64,000 nt of DNA, from the NCBI RefSeq assembly GCF_006345805.1, contig NC_043008.1:51646001-51710000 (forward strand), given 5' to 3'. The position numbers were made by a program, and so were the translations under genes. Of the stretch, positions 24,652 to 39,302 are shown piece by piece; position 1 is the first letter of the stretch, and each line of letters opens with the position of its first letter. The notes under the pieces are model-generated. The model searched no databases. It was given only the letters and a program-made list of their open reading frames with translations, and was not told the origin of the DNA. Source of the stretch: Octopus sinensis (lineage: Eukaryota).

Positions 24652-26206
24652 CATAAATGGGATATACCAATATTATATATGCGTACACATGCATAAACGA
24701 AGAATATGCAAAAGAAACTAATAAATTATAGTAACTAATTAATTTATATACAATTATAAATATTTAGGGGTGAAAAAATATTCATACAGAATAAATTTAT
24801 GATTTTCTATGCCACAAAATACTGTTAAAATAATTTTTTCTTTACTAGAACTTTCTCATTTGTTCCAATAATCTTATCAGTTGTCATTTTTAAGTGTCAC
24901 AACACTAGCTTCTTCATACAGCATTGAGACAACATAAAGTAGTAACGTAATAATGGCGAAAAGTAAAGAACCCACAAATTCAGTGAAAAAATTAATTATT
25001 GAACAGTGGAAAGCAGGTAAAAGCTACAGGAAAATATCAGAGACTCTTTGTATTTCATTTTCTACCATATCTTAATTTATTCAAAGATATAAAAAAATCG
25101 GGAACTATTGAAAACAGAATAAGATCCGGTGCACCATGCAAGATTTCCCCTAGATCTTTAAGAAAAATGAAGCAAAGAAACGGAAAAAACGCAATGATCA
25201 CCAGAAAGGAGTTGCAAGAAGATTTGTTAGCTCCAGGGACTAGTGTTACACTATGAACAATCAGCAATGAACTTCATAGGAATGAACTGAAATCATGCTC
25301 TCTTAGAAAAACTCTGCTGTTGACTAAAAGGCATAGAAATGCCTGTTTGAAATTTGCTTATGAACATAAAGATAAATCTCATACATTCTGGGAAAATGTT
25401 CTATGGACAGACAAGTCGAAAATTGAATTGTTTGGACGAAATTCGTGTAGCCATGTTCGGAGGAAAGATGGTACCACATATTCACTGAAAAACACAATTC
25501 CTACTGTAAAGTTTGGAGGTGGCAACATCATGGTGTAGGGGTTGTTTCTCTGCAAATGGTACTGGCAATTTACATGTGATAGATGGTAGAATGAATGCAG
25601 AGATGTACCAAAATATTTTGAACAATGATTTATGGGACTCTGTAGAAAAGCTCCAGCTTTGTGAAGGGTGGGTTTTACAACAGGATAACAATCCTAAGCA
25701 CATGGCGAAGTCTATCAAAAAATGGATTGTCGATCACAATATAAAATAATTAGAATGACCAAGCCAGTCACCTGACTTGAGCCCCATTGAAAATTTGTGG
25801 CATTATTTGAAAATTAAAATTCATTCAAGAGCCCCAATGTGCGTTGCAGAATTAAAGAAAATTTGTCAAGAAGAATGGGAAAAAATTCCTAAAGAAGCAT
25901 GCGAGTCATTGATTAAGAACTACAAGAAGAGATTCATTGAAGTGGAAGTGAATAATGGTTATGCTACGAAGTATTAAATCAGAATTATCAGTTATTTATG
26001 TTCTGTACGAATACTTTTTTCACCCCTAAATATTTATAATTGAATATAAATTCCTAAGTTACTATAATTTATTAGTTTCTTTTGCATATTCTTAGTTTAT
26101 GCATGTATATGCAAATATAGTATTGGTATATCCCATTTATGTTCATTAGAAATTAAATAAATAAAGAATTTTGACACGTACGAATATTTATTCCCTCACC
26201 CCACTG
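24652..26206 (+). mobile_element. Tc1 (DD34E) transposon with long IR-DR-type TIRs; left outer end missing
   Basis: About 24652-24790 is inverted relative to about 26002-26141. The right end is ..CCCCACTG|TA with a repeated GTACGAATA motif. Confidence 0.9.
24953..25977 (+). pseudogene. Tc1 transposase pseudogene
   Basis: ATG at 24953, motifs VLWTDKSKIELFG, TVKFGGGNIMV, LQQDNNPKH, SPDLSPIENLW and NNGYATKY. Contains stops and a frameshift. Confidence 0.88.
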
Positions 26207-26281
26207 TATACACATACAGCTATACATATACATATATATATATACATTTGTGCAGATGTATACATACATACATACATACAT

Positions 26282-26384
<103 letters not shown>

Positions 26385-26682
26385 TAATATATACATAACT
26401 CGTGCTAGCATGGAAAACGGACGTTAAACAATGATGATGATGATGACTCTATATATGTATGTATATATGTATGTATGTATGTATGTATATATGTGAGATA
26501 ATAGTTTCACTTTAATAGTTTCTGTATTAAAGTGAAACTATTAAATTGAAATTATTAAAGTGAAAATATCTGACATTACAATAGAGAGATATCTGTACAC
26601 ACATGTACAAGCATACATACATACACACATACACTCACACGCATATACATATATATTCACACAGAACTATGCACATATGCAT

Positions 26683-27094
26683 AGGCGCAGGAGTGGCTGC
26701 GTAGTAAGTAGCTTGCTAACCAACCACATGGTTCCAGGTTCAGTCCCACTGTGTGGCATCTTGGGCAAGTATCTTCTGCTATAGCCTCGGGCCGACCAAA
26801 GCCTTGTGAGTGGATTTGGTAGACAGAAACTGAAAGAAGCCTGTCGTATATATGTATATATATATGTATGTGTGTGTATATGTTTGTGTGTCTGTGTTTG
26901 TCCCCCCTAGCATTGCTTGACAACCGATGCTGGTGTGTTTACGTCCCCGTCACTTAGCGGTTCGGCAAAAGAGACCGATAGAATAAGTACTGGGCTTACA
27001 AAGAATAAGTCCCGGGGTCGATTTGCTCGACTAAATGTGGTGCTCCAGCATGGCCGCAGTCAAATGACTGAAACAAGTAAAGAGTAAAAGAGTA
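26683..27094 (+). mobile_element. SINE family A, full-length copy
   Basis: Near-identical to 13503-13920. Confidence 0.9.
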
Positions 27095-27625
27095 TATGCG
27101 TGTTCTTATTGTCTTTGATCAAAAGTCTGCTTGACTACGGCTGACCAGGGGTCAAACTGCAACAGTCACCCTACTGTGTTAGTTCAAATTGCTAGAAATA
27201 AATTCTCCCCAAAACTTGTCCTCAGACAGGAAAAAGAAAACAAAATGGTAGATAATGTAGTCCAAGATACACTACGGCTGAAAACAAAAACAAATGGGAT
27301 GGTCATGGCATCCAAGTTGTAACCAAAGGAAAAGGAAGGGCATAATTGCTATTGTAGTCCTAAACAGATGACGTTTCCAGAACAGATGGCCATGGCCTGA
27401 AATACTTTCCATTATAAGAGCCTACTTCATCATGGCTGCCTTGGAATAAACAACAACACACACACACACACACTAACACACACTCATGCACACACACACA
27501 CTCACACACACTCATGCACACACACACACACATACATATGCATATATATTTCTCAAAGTTACACATTGTATGCATGTTTCTATTGTATAATGTGTATATG
27601 CACTTCGCACTTAGTTTATGACTGT

Positions 27626-27665
<40 letters not shown>

Positions 27666-28006
27666 GTGTGTGTATGTGTATGTTTGGCTCCTTTTTTAGT
27701 GTTATGAATATGAGTAGAAATGCATGACTATTTTTAATTGCATGATCACACGCGCACAAGCACACACACGCTTTTATATGTGTATATATCATCACCATCA
27801 TCCTCATCATCATCGTCATCATCGTTTAATGTACATCTTTCATGCATGCATAAGTAGAATACTTCACAGGAGCTGGCCAGATAGAAAATCTACCTTATGC
27901 TACTCTGTTTTGGTGTATGTATGTGTTTATGTATTCAATATATGTGTGTGTGTGTGTGTGTGTGAGTGTGTGTGTATGTGTTTATATATATACACACATA
28001 TATATA

Positions 28007-28352
28007 TCATCACCATCATCATCATCATCATCATCGTTTAACGTCCGCTTTCCATGCTAGCATGGGTTGGACGATTTGACTGAGGTCTTGCAAACCATAT
28101 GGCTGCACAGGAGCCAGTCCAACGGCACTGGCAATGACCTTGCTCGAATGTTTTTTCATGTGCCACCAGCACAAGTGCTAGTAAGGCGACACAAGTAACA
28201 ATCACGCTCGAATGGTGCTTTTTACGTGCCACTGGCATGGAAGCCAGTTTGTTGCTCTGGCAACGATCATGCTTGGATGGTACTCTTAGCGCTCCACTAG
28301 AATGGATGCCAGTCATCGAATTTGATTTCAATTTCGATTTCACTTGCTTCAG
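28007..28352 (-). mobile_element. RTE LINE 3' UTR fragment
   Basis: (CAT)n tail, TTTTACGTGCCAC units and GATTTC repeats. Confidence 0.8.
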
Positions 28353-28387
28353 CAGAGTTATATATATATATATATGTATATATATAT

Positions 28388-29060
28388 AGGAGTACCATAA
28401 TGTACTATTACATGTAATGAGTTCAAATCAGCATAAAACATATCATAAATATATTTATTTATCCAAAACACAATCACCATCCTTAGCAATAATATTTTGC
28501 TGCCTCAAAACTAGTTTTCTGATTCCTTAGACAAAAACCAGATTCTTAAAACAGAAAAATGGTTGGAGTGTTATTTCAACATTGTCTTTGCCTCTGAATA
28601 TTTTTCTACTGTTAAAGTGTTCAAGTGACCTGAATGAATATGAAGGATGAGGAAGAGCTTCCTAGCCTCATTAATTTAAGTTTTCTTACGTTAGCTAGTT
28701 GAAAGCACTGCTTTTTCTCAGGGGACATCCCATGAGGTACCCACTTCTTTTCTCTATACACTCCCTCATGCTGCTTCAGATGATCTTGTACTGAGGACTG
28801 AGGTTTATTAAGCTTCCAGGATAAGTGCCCCAATACTTGGATGCAGATCCTCTTCAATTGCTTGTTTCACTGAGTCATTACTGAGAATATTCAATCTTTC
28901 TGGTCACCATTTTTGAATTTGTTAAACCACCTTTAACACTTCTGAACTCTCATACTGTCAGCATATATAGTATATTACATGTGCTGCATTGTTGCCCTTA
29001 TGAAAATTATAAAGCATGTAACGCTAAGAATGCAGCTCACTAGGGTCCTTGTCTTCCATG
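28388..29060 (-). mobile_element. Mariner remnant, internally deleted
   Basis: KKWVPH motif in ORF 28621-28857, and RWFNKFKNGD in the minus frame near 28900-28930. Confidence 0.65.
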
Positions 29061-29329
29061 GCATATCAGACAGAACACATACACACACACACACACAGTG
29101 AGTGCTCACATTAATGTTTGTCTATTTACTCTATGCCAAGTGGTTGATTGGAAGGACACTTTTATTGACTTATAACCTATTCCTTATATGACTTCAGACA
29201 ATTTGATTGAAAATATATCATTTTCCAGTATCCCTGATATATACATACAAATTATGATTCACATATATATATATCATATTTATAAATGTGTGTGTGTGAG
29301 TGTGTATATCTAAATATATATATAACTTA

Positions 29330-29817
29330 TAAATAAGGGCAAACAAAAAAATTTCTAATGCCAAATATGCCGAAAATTGGACATACTGTCCATTTACCAT
29401 ATAATTTTTTTCCCAGTACACACACTACTCGAAAAAAGGTTGACAGACATCTCTAAAAAATTCCATTATTACCATATCGGACCGATTTCAGGGTTAGTTC
29501 AAAAAGAATCCTCCCTTCATCAGTGATACATGTGGCAAAAAAGTAAATGAGATACTTACTCATACCCATGGAAAAAGCAAACACTAAGTCATGAGCACAA
29601 CTAAGTACCCCAAATAAATCCAACATAGAAATACTCCAGCCCATTAAAGACACGTGCAATTTGAACTGAGGCACTCACGGAGTGGGAGAGTCCGAAAGTA
29701 AATGACTATTAAATTTATATCTAATGTAGGATAAAATTTTTTTGCTGATAAAATTTTTTTTCTTCATACAGCATTGAGACAACATAAAGTAGTATGAAAA
29801 AATTTATCCTACATTAG

Positions 29818-29822
<5 letters not shown>
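29330..29822 (-). mobile_element. Penelope-like pLTR element with hammerhead and terminal hairpin
   Basis: Homologous to 36197-36607 and embedded in TA tracts. Short inverted repeat at 29717-29741 and 29797-29821. Confidence 0.65.
29471..29527 (-). ncRNA. Type I hammerhead ribozyme
   Basis: ATCA CTGATGA AGGG..CCCT GAAA TCGGTCCGA TA TGGT. All three stems pair, and stem III is quasi-palindromic. Confidence 0.8.
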
Positions 29823-29858
<36 letters not shown>

Positions 29859-30194
29859 GCACAAGCATAGCTACATGTATATATTTTTGTATGGATAGAT
29901 GCATCAGTATATGTGTACATGTATGTGTTCATGTCTTCTATTCTTGATATTGTGTACAGGCTGTAAATAAATGCCACCATAATATAAGCAGTGTTGTTTG
30001 CTTGCAATCTTCAACGAAATTGTGTCCATCCATTGCTCTGTTCGTGTTTGAAGGACTAGGAGACATATTACTTGCTTCATACTAGGTGAAGTTTGACAAC
30101 AGGAAGAATATTCACCCGTTGGAAAATCAGTTTCAACAAATTTCATCTAACCTGTCTAAGCAAGAAAATATGGATTTTAAAACAAAACACAATG

Positions 30195-30247
<53 letters not shown>

Positions 30248-30374
30248 GTGATGACAACAATGATGATGAAGATGATGATATCAATGATATATTTTCAAGC
30301 CTTGGGTACATCTGGAGCTTTTCTGCTAATTTAATTCGCACGTATCTATATTTACCTCTCTATCTGGCCCTATA

Positions 30375-31353
30375 TTGGATTGTCAGATAAATTCATTTGT
30401 TTTTTATTCCCTTTATTTTAATCCTTATTTTTCATCAACAATTTAAACAAAGAATTCAATAATAAATTCTCCTTCATAATTCACAACTTCTTCTCTATGT
30501 TCCAATAGTTTGTCAGTGCCTCGAGAGTAGAAACCACCGGGTCTTGACTTGAAGAATCAATCAAACCCTATTTTCAGTTTCATGTCATTCATAATCTCAC
30601 CAAACACAGATCATTGTCTTATGTGGAGGCAACTCTGGCTTGGCTCGAGGTGTTGCTTGATTGCTAGGGCTCAGCCATTCTCTCCTCTGCTTTATTCTGA
30701 CTCAAAGACACCATTTTACATCACCAGTGATGATGTGGTAAAGAGGTCTCTGTTTGTGTCCACAAGTAGCTCAATATTAAGCAAGGAAACTGGAAATGAT
30801 AGAGGAGTGTTGGTGTTTGTCTCTTTCATTTCAAGTATGTGGCACTCATGAACCAAAATTTTGGGGCATTTTTCATCAAGGGAAGGTGATGGATGATCAA
30901 ATCAGGAGAGCATTCCATCTACTGGGCAACTTCCCAAATGGATTGGCATGGATCCTTACAGATGAGCTTGTTCAATCAGTCATCATTCAACTGAACAGGT
31001 TGGCCACAATATGGAGTGTCTGAGAGGTTCCCCTCCCACTGCACCTTGAAGTGTGAAAATCATTTCTGTGCAGTTTTATCAGTAATAGCACTTTCTCCAT
31101 ATGAGTGGCTTTAGCTGCTTTGGAATTTTAAATGAAAATATAGAGAAGCAGGGTCAAAAATGCTCAGCTTTTTCTCTACTTGGTGCTCCATCATCATAAG
31201 TCAGAAAAGAAGTGAAGTTTATCCAAATTTCAAAAACGATGAACATAAGAAGAATAGAGCCACAAAACACTGACAAACACTGCGATAAAGATACTTTTTG
31301 TGTTAATTCAAATAACATTGGGAAGAAAGAGATGAATTTATCTGACAACCCAA
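30375..31353 (-). mobile_element. Mariner transposon remnant with both TIRs
   Basis: TIRs TTGGATTGTCAGATAAATTCAT and ATGAATTTATCTGACAACCCAA. Decayed *VPH (WVPH) and ITGDVKW (TGDEKW) motifs on the minus strand. Confidence 0.78.
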
Positions 31354-32546
31354 TGTGTATATATATATATGTGTATACACACACACACATATATGCATGT
31401 ATATATTATTTCTTTTAGCAGTAGAAAAGGTACACATGTGTGTTTGTGTGTGCAAATGTGTGTTTGTGTGTGTGCTTTTGTGTATGTGTGCATGTGTATA
31501 TGTGTGCATGTGTGCTTAGTAGCTGAGTATGAGTGAGTATATGAGTGTTTTAGTGTGAGTGTAAGTGTGAGTGTGGGTTAGTGTATAATTGTTTATGTTT
31601 GAATGTCATTGTTTGAGTGTGAGAATGTGCATGTGAGATATTGTTTTTGGTGTATGTATGTATTTGTTCATATATTTCTATCTATTTATATGTGTGTACA
31701 ATCTGACAGTTCATCTCTAGAACAATTTATAAACAACATCCTACTTTCCTTTTTCCGTTTTGTGCTCTATGCCTTTTGTATTAAACATAATATGACAAAT
31801 TCATAAGTAGCTGACTGTTGAATCAAGTGTTGCCTCACCTCAACTAACAAAATTTTGTTCTCACTCATTTGCAAACATTCACAATTAAATACAACTGCTT
31901 GACTGTCACTCTCTGTTTGTTTCTCTCTTAGTTTCAAAATTATCTCTTCTTTTCAAAAAATTTTCTATCATTATACTCTTTATCGTATTTTCAATTGATA
32001 TCTACCTGCATATATTGCATATAAGTTATAACCAACAACTATATGAATTATAACTGCTCTAAAGTATTTTAGAGTGTGCTTCTTTCTGAATTTATGATCT
32101 TCTCACTAATTATACACACACACACAAACATATACATACATAGTTTATTAATGTATTCAAAGCTGAGAGAGAAAGAGACAGAAAGAGAACCACATGTATA
32201 TATATGTATATATATCTTAACAAGTGCAGATTTACAAGATATATATAAAAAAGAGGGGAACAAGAAAGCAAGGGACAAATTGTTGGAGACAGAAATGTAA
32301 GTCATTGATCAACTTTTCTCAAATCATTTTCACTATTTATTTCTGTGTGTTTCTCCTTTCTTTATAATTTTGTAAATGCAGGTGTGGCCACTCAGAGTTC
32401 TAATGCCAAAGCAATTTTGCATATTTGTTACATATTTACCATGCACACTCATGGATATGGGTGTATATATTATATGTGCGCATGCATGTGTGTGTGTGTA
32501 TTATATATATGTGTACATATATATATATATATATACATATATCTCC

Positions 32547-32579
<33 letters not shown>

Positions 32580-32580
<1 letters not shown>

Positions 32581-32786
32581 CAAAATGTGACCTCGTGTGT
32601 ACCGTTGGCGATTTTTTTCCTCTGTCTTCCCTTCTCTGGATCTTTCCTTCTCCTGTGTTTCCAACAAAGAGCTCCGCTCGAAACGTTAAACCCTCCTTCT
32701 TTCCTTCTTTCCTGAGCGTCCAATAATACTATATTTGTTCCACAGCCTCGTGTTGTTGGTTTTTTTTTGTGCTTTCTTGTTTGGAT

Positions 32787-32792
<6 letters not shown>
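32580..32792 (+). mobile_element. Short Penelope-like terminal element in (TA)n with a decayed hammerhead
   Basis: Reverse complement of 55887-56100. Core decayed to CCAACAA AGAGC-TCC-GCTC GAAACGTT at 32661-32687. Confidence 0.65.
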
Positions 32793-32830
<38 letters not shown>

Positions 32831-32849
32831 TATCTATCTATCTATCTGT

Positions 32850-34091
32850 CTCCCATTTATGCATGGGTGGGACACTTGACAGGAACTGGCCAGGTAGAAG
32901 ACTATCCCAGGCTACAGTGTCTCTTTTAGCAGGGTTTTTTTATGGCTGGATGCCCTTCCTAAGACCAACCCCTCTGCAGAGTTGACTCAGTGCTTTTTAC
33001 GTGACATGCTAGTTCCATTTCCTCAGCATTCCCAGCCCACATGTCACTATCATGTAGCATTGCTATTTCGACAGAAGTATTATACAATCTGTCTTTTACT
33101 CTGAGTGATTTGTTACCAGCTTATTGCATCCTGCTCTTAGCTGTGTAACTATACTTTGAGAACATGCTCTTCCACAGCTAATTTGGTAACCTAAGTAACA
33201 GAAGGTATCTTCTACCTCTAGGAACCCTCCAGGGCATTTGAGAAGTTTAATTCCCATGAGTTCTTAGTGTTTATTGCTCCTGTGCATCAGCTACATACAA
33301 AATTTACTTTCTCAGTTAACTTTCCTCTGAAACCACTGCATCTTTTATGTGACCATAGTTAACATTTGGCACACTGAATGCAACCTTTTTTACACATACA
33401 TACAGACACACACATAAACACTAATTTTAGCATCTATTTCTCCATGCTTGGTTAGGCAAAGAAGGTTTCTCCAAGTGTGACCAATTAATGTGGTCCCTTG
33501 TCACCTTCTTGTCCCCAGTTTCCCTCTTTCTCACAACACCTTTTTATATGACTGTCCTTCTCCATACACATCAGCAGTACATACAAAATATTCTTCACTC
33601 ATCTGCATTGCATCTGATTCCAGTTATGTTCCATTTATTTCTCTCCTCATTTGTTCTTCCTCGTTCATGCACTCTAGTATTACATGTACAATGAGGCATG
33701 CTCACCTCATTTCCTTCCAGTCTACATTTTACTCTGAGGGAAAAGCCCTTTATTGCCAGCAGAGATAAGAACTCCATGAACTTTTACCAGCCAGTCCATA
33801 CCTTGGGTACTATGCTTCCTGAACATCAACCCATACCTCTACTAATTTAATTCTCTAGGTAACAAAAGCTATCAAGGACTTCTAGAGGGCGGTTTGGGTA
33901 TTGGAGAGCATCCGTTTTGCACATGCTCCAAGTAAATATTGCCTCGCTGCACCTGCCACATGCAAAATTCACCTTTGCTCTTACTCTTCATGTGAACCCA
34001 TTACTCCTATTGTGCATCCATAGTGTCCACTGGGTACACTGCATGATGGAATTCTTACATATTCCTTTTCTACACAATATACATACATATT

Positions 34092-34135
<44 letters not shown>

Positions 34136-34216
34136 AGCAAAAAAAACATTCAAATGTTTACATCCAAAATACGATGTTACTATTGTTAATAACCATCAAT
34201 GTCAAATATATATCAC

Positions 34217-34258
<42 letters not shown>

Positions 34259-35115
34259 TATCATCATCATCGATTAATGTCCGTTTTCCATGCTGGCATG
34301 TGTTGGACGGTTTGACTGATGTCTGGAGAGCCAGCAGCTGCATCAGCCTCCAATCTAGTCTGGCAGAGCTGGATATCCTTCCTAACAATAACCACTCTGA
34401 GTATGTAGGAGATGCTTTTTATGCATCACCAACACAGGAGCCAGTAAGGCGGGTCTGGTAACGATCTTGTTCAGATGATGCTTTTTACATGCCACCGACA
34501 CAGGAGCCAGTCAGGGTGTACTGGCATCGGTCACAATTAGTTGGTACTTTTTATGTGCCACCAATACTGGAGCCAGTAAGGTGGGCCTGGCAATGAACAT
34601 GTTTGGATACTGCTTTATATGTGTCACTGGCACAAGGTCCAGTCAGGTGGACCTGGCATCAACCACGTTTGGATAGTGCTTTTTACATGCCATCGGCACA
34701 GGAGCCAGCCTGGGGCACCCACCCGAGCTACGATAGTGGTTTTACTTGACTCAACAGGTCTTCTCAAGAATATCATATCACCCAGTGTATCAAGAATATT
34801 CTTAACCAGGCAGGACATGTGTGGCTGTGATCTCACTTTAGTTGCTGGGTCTTTTCTATTACAGCATATCTCCAAAGGTCTCAGTCTCCTATCATTGCCT
34901 CTGTGAGGCCCAATGATCAAAGGTGATGCTTCACCACCTCATCCCATGTCATCCTGGGTCTACCTCTTCCACATGTTCCTTCAAAAGTTAGGGTGTGGCA
35001 CTTCCTCACACAGCTCTCCTCATCCACACACAACACATGACCACACCAGCATAGTCGTCTCTCTTGCACACCACATTTGATACTTCTTAGGCCCAACTTT
35101 TCTCTCAGGGTGTTT
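32850..35115 (-). mobile_element. Cluster of old RTE LINE fragments
   Basis: Decayed KGFSLRVK and Cys-finger segments, plus a 3' UTR with (CAT)n tail at about 34215-35115. Confidence 0.7.
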
Positions 35116-35743
35116 ACACTCTCTCTCTCTCGCTCTCTCTCTATATATATATTATTGTGTCATTCTCTTTTAGTAGTGCCTTATTACTTAACACACTCAC
35201 TGGTTCAATTTCCACTCATTTCCTTATATATATCAACTAATATGTTACCTTTCAACTTTCTACACACACACACACACACGCCTGAAGGGTGACTTCAATG
35301 CTAGAGACATAGCTGTAAATCTCATAGGAAGCTGTAAATCAAACTAGAAACTAGCTGTATGTCTATCGGCAGAGCTGGCAGGAAGCGATCCAAGGGTTGA
35401 TACACTGTTAGAGAGATGGAATTCACGTTCCATGTTGAATGAACAACAAGTTAATGGGAAATGAGTTTTAGGTATGGGTGTGAGTGAAGTATAGGTATTG
35501 AGTGTATGAGTGTGGGTGTGCAGGTATATGTTGGGTAGAATGTTTGGAATAGGGTATTGGATAATTAATACCAGAAAATATATATGCAATGAATGTGTCC
35601 GAGTCCATTACATTACTCATAGGAGAGGGCTGCTTTGCTGGGCCAATACTATGGCCGAAGGCCTGAAAGGTGCCCTCCTCAGGGGCCATTCTGAATACCG
35701 CTTGATGGGCTGCTTCAAAGTTAGTACATACATACATACATAC

Positions 35744-35781
<38 letters not shown>

Positions 35782-36163
35782 ATGTATATATAAAGTAAAT
35801 CCCAAAAAGAAGAACAAACTCAAAAAACACAACAACGTGAGGATGTGGTACAAGTAAAGTATTAGCAGACGCTCGGGAAGAAAAGAAAGATGGTTTAACA
35901 TTTCGAGCAGATAAGCGGTACCACTAGTAAAATGGAGAGAATTGACACAGACATATCAATAAAAAACATTCCCATACCACCCAAAAAGGAATACATGAAG
36001 GTTACCTTTTAAATGCATAATGCAATCAAGGTAAGAAATTGAAATGTACATAGGCAATATGAAATTGACTCTTATATAAATAAATTGATATTTTACTGTG
36101 TTAAAACTCTCCATTTTCTTTATGTTATATTACATGTATGTGTATATATACATACATATATAT

Positions 36164-36196
<33 letters not shown>

Positions 36197-36198
<2 letters not shown>

Positions 36199-36607
36199 AA
36201 CAATTTATAAGTAAGGACAAAAGAAAAAAATGTCTAATACCTAAATATGCCGAAAAAAGACACCACGTCAATAACCATGTAATTTATCACTACAATCATG
36301 TATTTCAAAGAAAGCCGACAGAAATTTCTAAAAAAAATTCCGTTATTACCATATCGGAGCCAATTTCAGAATTAGTTTATAAGAATCTTCTCTTCATCAG
36401 TGATAAATGCGGTGAAGAAATAAGTGAAATACTTACTTATACCCATGGAAGAAGCGAGCGGTGTCTTTTTTCGTCATATTTAGGCATTAGAAATTTTTTC
36501 TTTTACCCTTACTTTTAAATTGTTTATAAATTTAACCTTTAAAGGTATTTTTTGATATGCTGGCCATTGATAGAATTTTTTTCGAAAAAGTTTATCCTAT
36601 ATTAGAT
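36197..36607 (-). mobile_element. Penelope-like pLTR element with an inverted segment
   Basis: 36197-36263 is inverted relative to 36460-36528. Same family and same terminus (TTTATCCTAYATTAGAT) as 29330-29822. Confidence 0.68.
36348..36404 (-). ncRNA. Type I hammerhead ribozyme
   Basis: ATCA CTGATGA AGAG..TTCT GAAA TTGGCTCCGA TA TGGT. Confidence 0.75.
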
Positions 36608-36622
36608 GTATATATATATATA

Positions 36623-39072
36623 CTAGCAGTTTAGCCTGGCATTGTCCAGGATTAAGTTAGGATTATTAAGCTACTCAAGTGCTTTGTTTCAAACCAAACT
36701 AAGTTCCACCAACGTCAAATTTGAGCAAATTCCATTGAAATTGGTAAACCTTTGGCTGAAAATGGGTTGCAGACAATTTGATTGGGAAATCCCATAAGGA
36801 ATCAGTTTATTGATTTTTTCCACTCATCGATTGTTTTTTTTTTTTTTTTGAGAACTTAAAGCATTCAAAGATCAAAGATCAAGACATGAGTCCTAAGTAA
36901 CGTTGGCATCAAGTTTGAACAAAATGCATCAAAATTGGTAAAAGTTATGGCTGAAAATGGGGTGTAGGCAATTTTAGTAGGAAATCCTATAAGGAATCGT
37001 TTTATTGATTTTTCATCCTGATTGAATGGAGAACCCCATAAGGAATCAGTTTATTGATTTTTCACTCCAAATAGGACTTAACCAAACACAACATTGCTGA
37101 TTCAAAAAAATCTATATACTTTAAAGTTAGTGTTCACACCCAACTCAGTTCTGCAGAATCAGTGTCATGAGGGGAACACATGGCTTGGGAGTTTGACTGG
37201 TAGAAGTGATCAGGTTGCACATGCCAGCCCTATCGAAACCCCCACCCCATCATCTAACCCCCTCCTTGGTCCATGGGTTAGGAACCCTTCCAGCAAGGAA
37301 AATAGAATACCCAAAAATGCTCCTGATCCTCTATGTCAGAAGAGGTTATGTTCGGATCATAACTAAGCCTTAACCTAAGCCTAAGCTAACCTAGTGAAAA
37401 GAGACTCAGGAGCCTCTAAAAGGCAGCGACTAATCCCAATCTAGTCCTAACCCCTCCTAGGGGTACTATCGGTCAAGGCTGCATCAAAGATATGCATTGG
37501 AGAAGGTTGCGTTGGAGATCTGCATCAAAGATCTGCATTGGAGAAGGTTGCATTGAAGGTTTGCACTGGATAAGGATACATTGAAGGTTTAAATTGGAGA
37601 TCTGCTATGAAGAAGGTTGACTCAAATATTTGGATTGGAGAAGGTTGCATTAGGGATCTGCATTGGAGAAGGTTGATTCAAAGGTTTGTATTTGGGGATC
37701 CGGATTGGAGTAACTTACGAAAACTTATTAACAATCTTAATGAAAAATAAGGGGCTTGGCCCTTCTGGCCTAACTCTATGAGCAACTTGGCCAAGTGCTG
37801 ATATCAGCTGAGTAAGCATTGTTGTCAGAGAAGTCAGCATTGTCCAATAAAGAAGAAGCATCCATGAGTCATGTTGCCATGGTTTGAGAATATGTCTGGC
37901 CAATGCTTCTGGATCACCTGTTTATAATCACATAGGCTGCAATGATGACTTGTTCTCCTTTCTGTCTATAAAACTTCACTATAGACAACCCCGCATGTTC
38001 CGCTCTGAGGAGCATACACAAAAAGAGTGTTTCTACTCCCCACATGGGGGCAGGCCACATAAAGTCCTCTATGTGAATAGCATGGTTCCCCCTAATGGAT
38101 GCCTACCACCGATAGTGTTTGGCCTTGGGATTTGTTGATGGACATGGCGAAGCATGGCCTCACCGGGAACTGAGATCTGCGGAAGTTAAACGGCATGTCT
38201 GACCCTGAGGGATAAAGGTGCATCCTTGAAACGAAAACATTTCCCCCCCCTCCTGCACCCCGTAACAATGGTGGCCTCAATAAAGTGGGGCATCAGGAGA
38301 CTTGACTACCAAGTGGGTCCCATTGCACTGTTTAGGTGGATAAAGTGTGTACTCTTTATCCCATTTGAGTTTTATTGAAGGATTGTGTGAAATTTTCTTA
38401 ATAGGATATATTGTAAGCCTACACACACACACACAAACACACATTTGGTTCTATTGCTGTTGTGATACATGTACTCTTTAGCTCATTTGAGTTGTTGTTT
38501 TGAGGTGTTCCACTCATTGGATGGTAGGTTTTTAAAGCAGCGATTTATTTCTGGTATCATTATACCATTGAAGATTTTATGGCAGGAGATAAGTTTCATC
38601 GATGACTATCCTTTGTTTTGAGTCACAGAGTTGTCAGTGATCCATCAGCTGTTAAGGTACAGCATTCGGTAAATTTTGTAAAAGATATTTATTTGTTTTT
38701 TGAACTGGAATTGTACATTTCGTTTGATGTCAGCATAAAGTGAAAGAGGGAGAAAATGACAGGGACGTGTGTATATGTTGATGGTGGGGTGTGAGATAGA
38801 AAGGGTGTGTGTGTGTGAGAGAGGGAGAGAGAGAGTGAGGAGGTGTGTGTTGATGTGTGTGTGTGTGCATGAGGGAGAGAGAGTGACAGCGTACATTTTT
38901 AAAATATATTTTTCCTCGTATCTTTTTTGAGTGAGTGATTGACTGAGAGGGAGAGAGAGAAAGAGAGAGAGAGAGAGTGTGATAGTGTAACGCCTCTCTT
39001 TCCCTCTCTCTCTGTCAAACACACACTAAAAAAAGATGCGAGAAAAAGTAAATAAGTAATATTTACGCTACT

Positions 39073-39105
<33 letters not shown>

Positions 39106-39231
39106 ATCTCTCTATCTCTCTCTCTCTCTCTCTGTCTCACACACATTCTCTCTCTCTCTATCTCTATCTCTCTATCTCTCTCTCTCTCTCTCTGTCTCAC
39201 ACACTGTCTCCCTCTTTCCGACAACACACAC

Positions 39232-39302
<71 letters not shown>

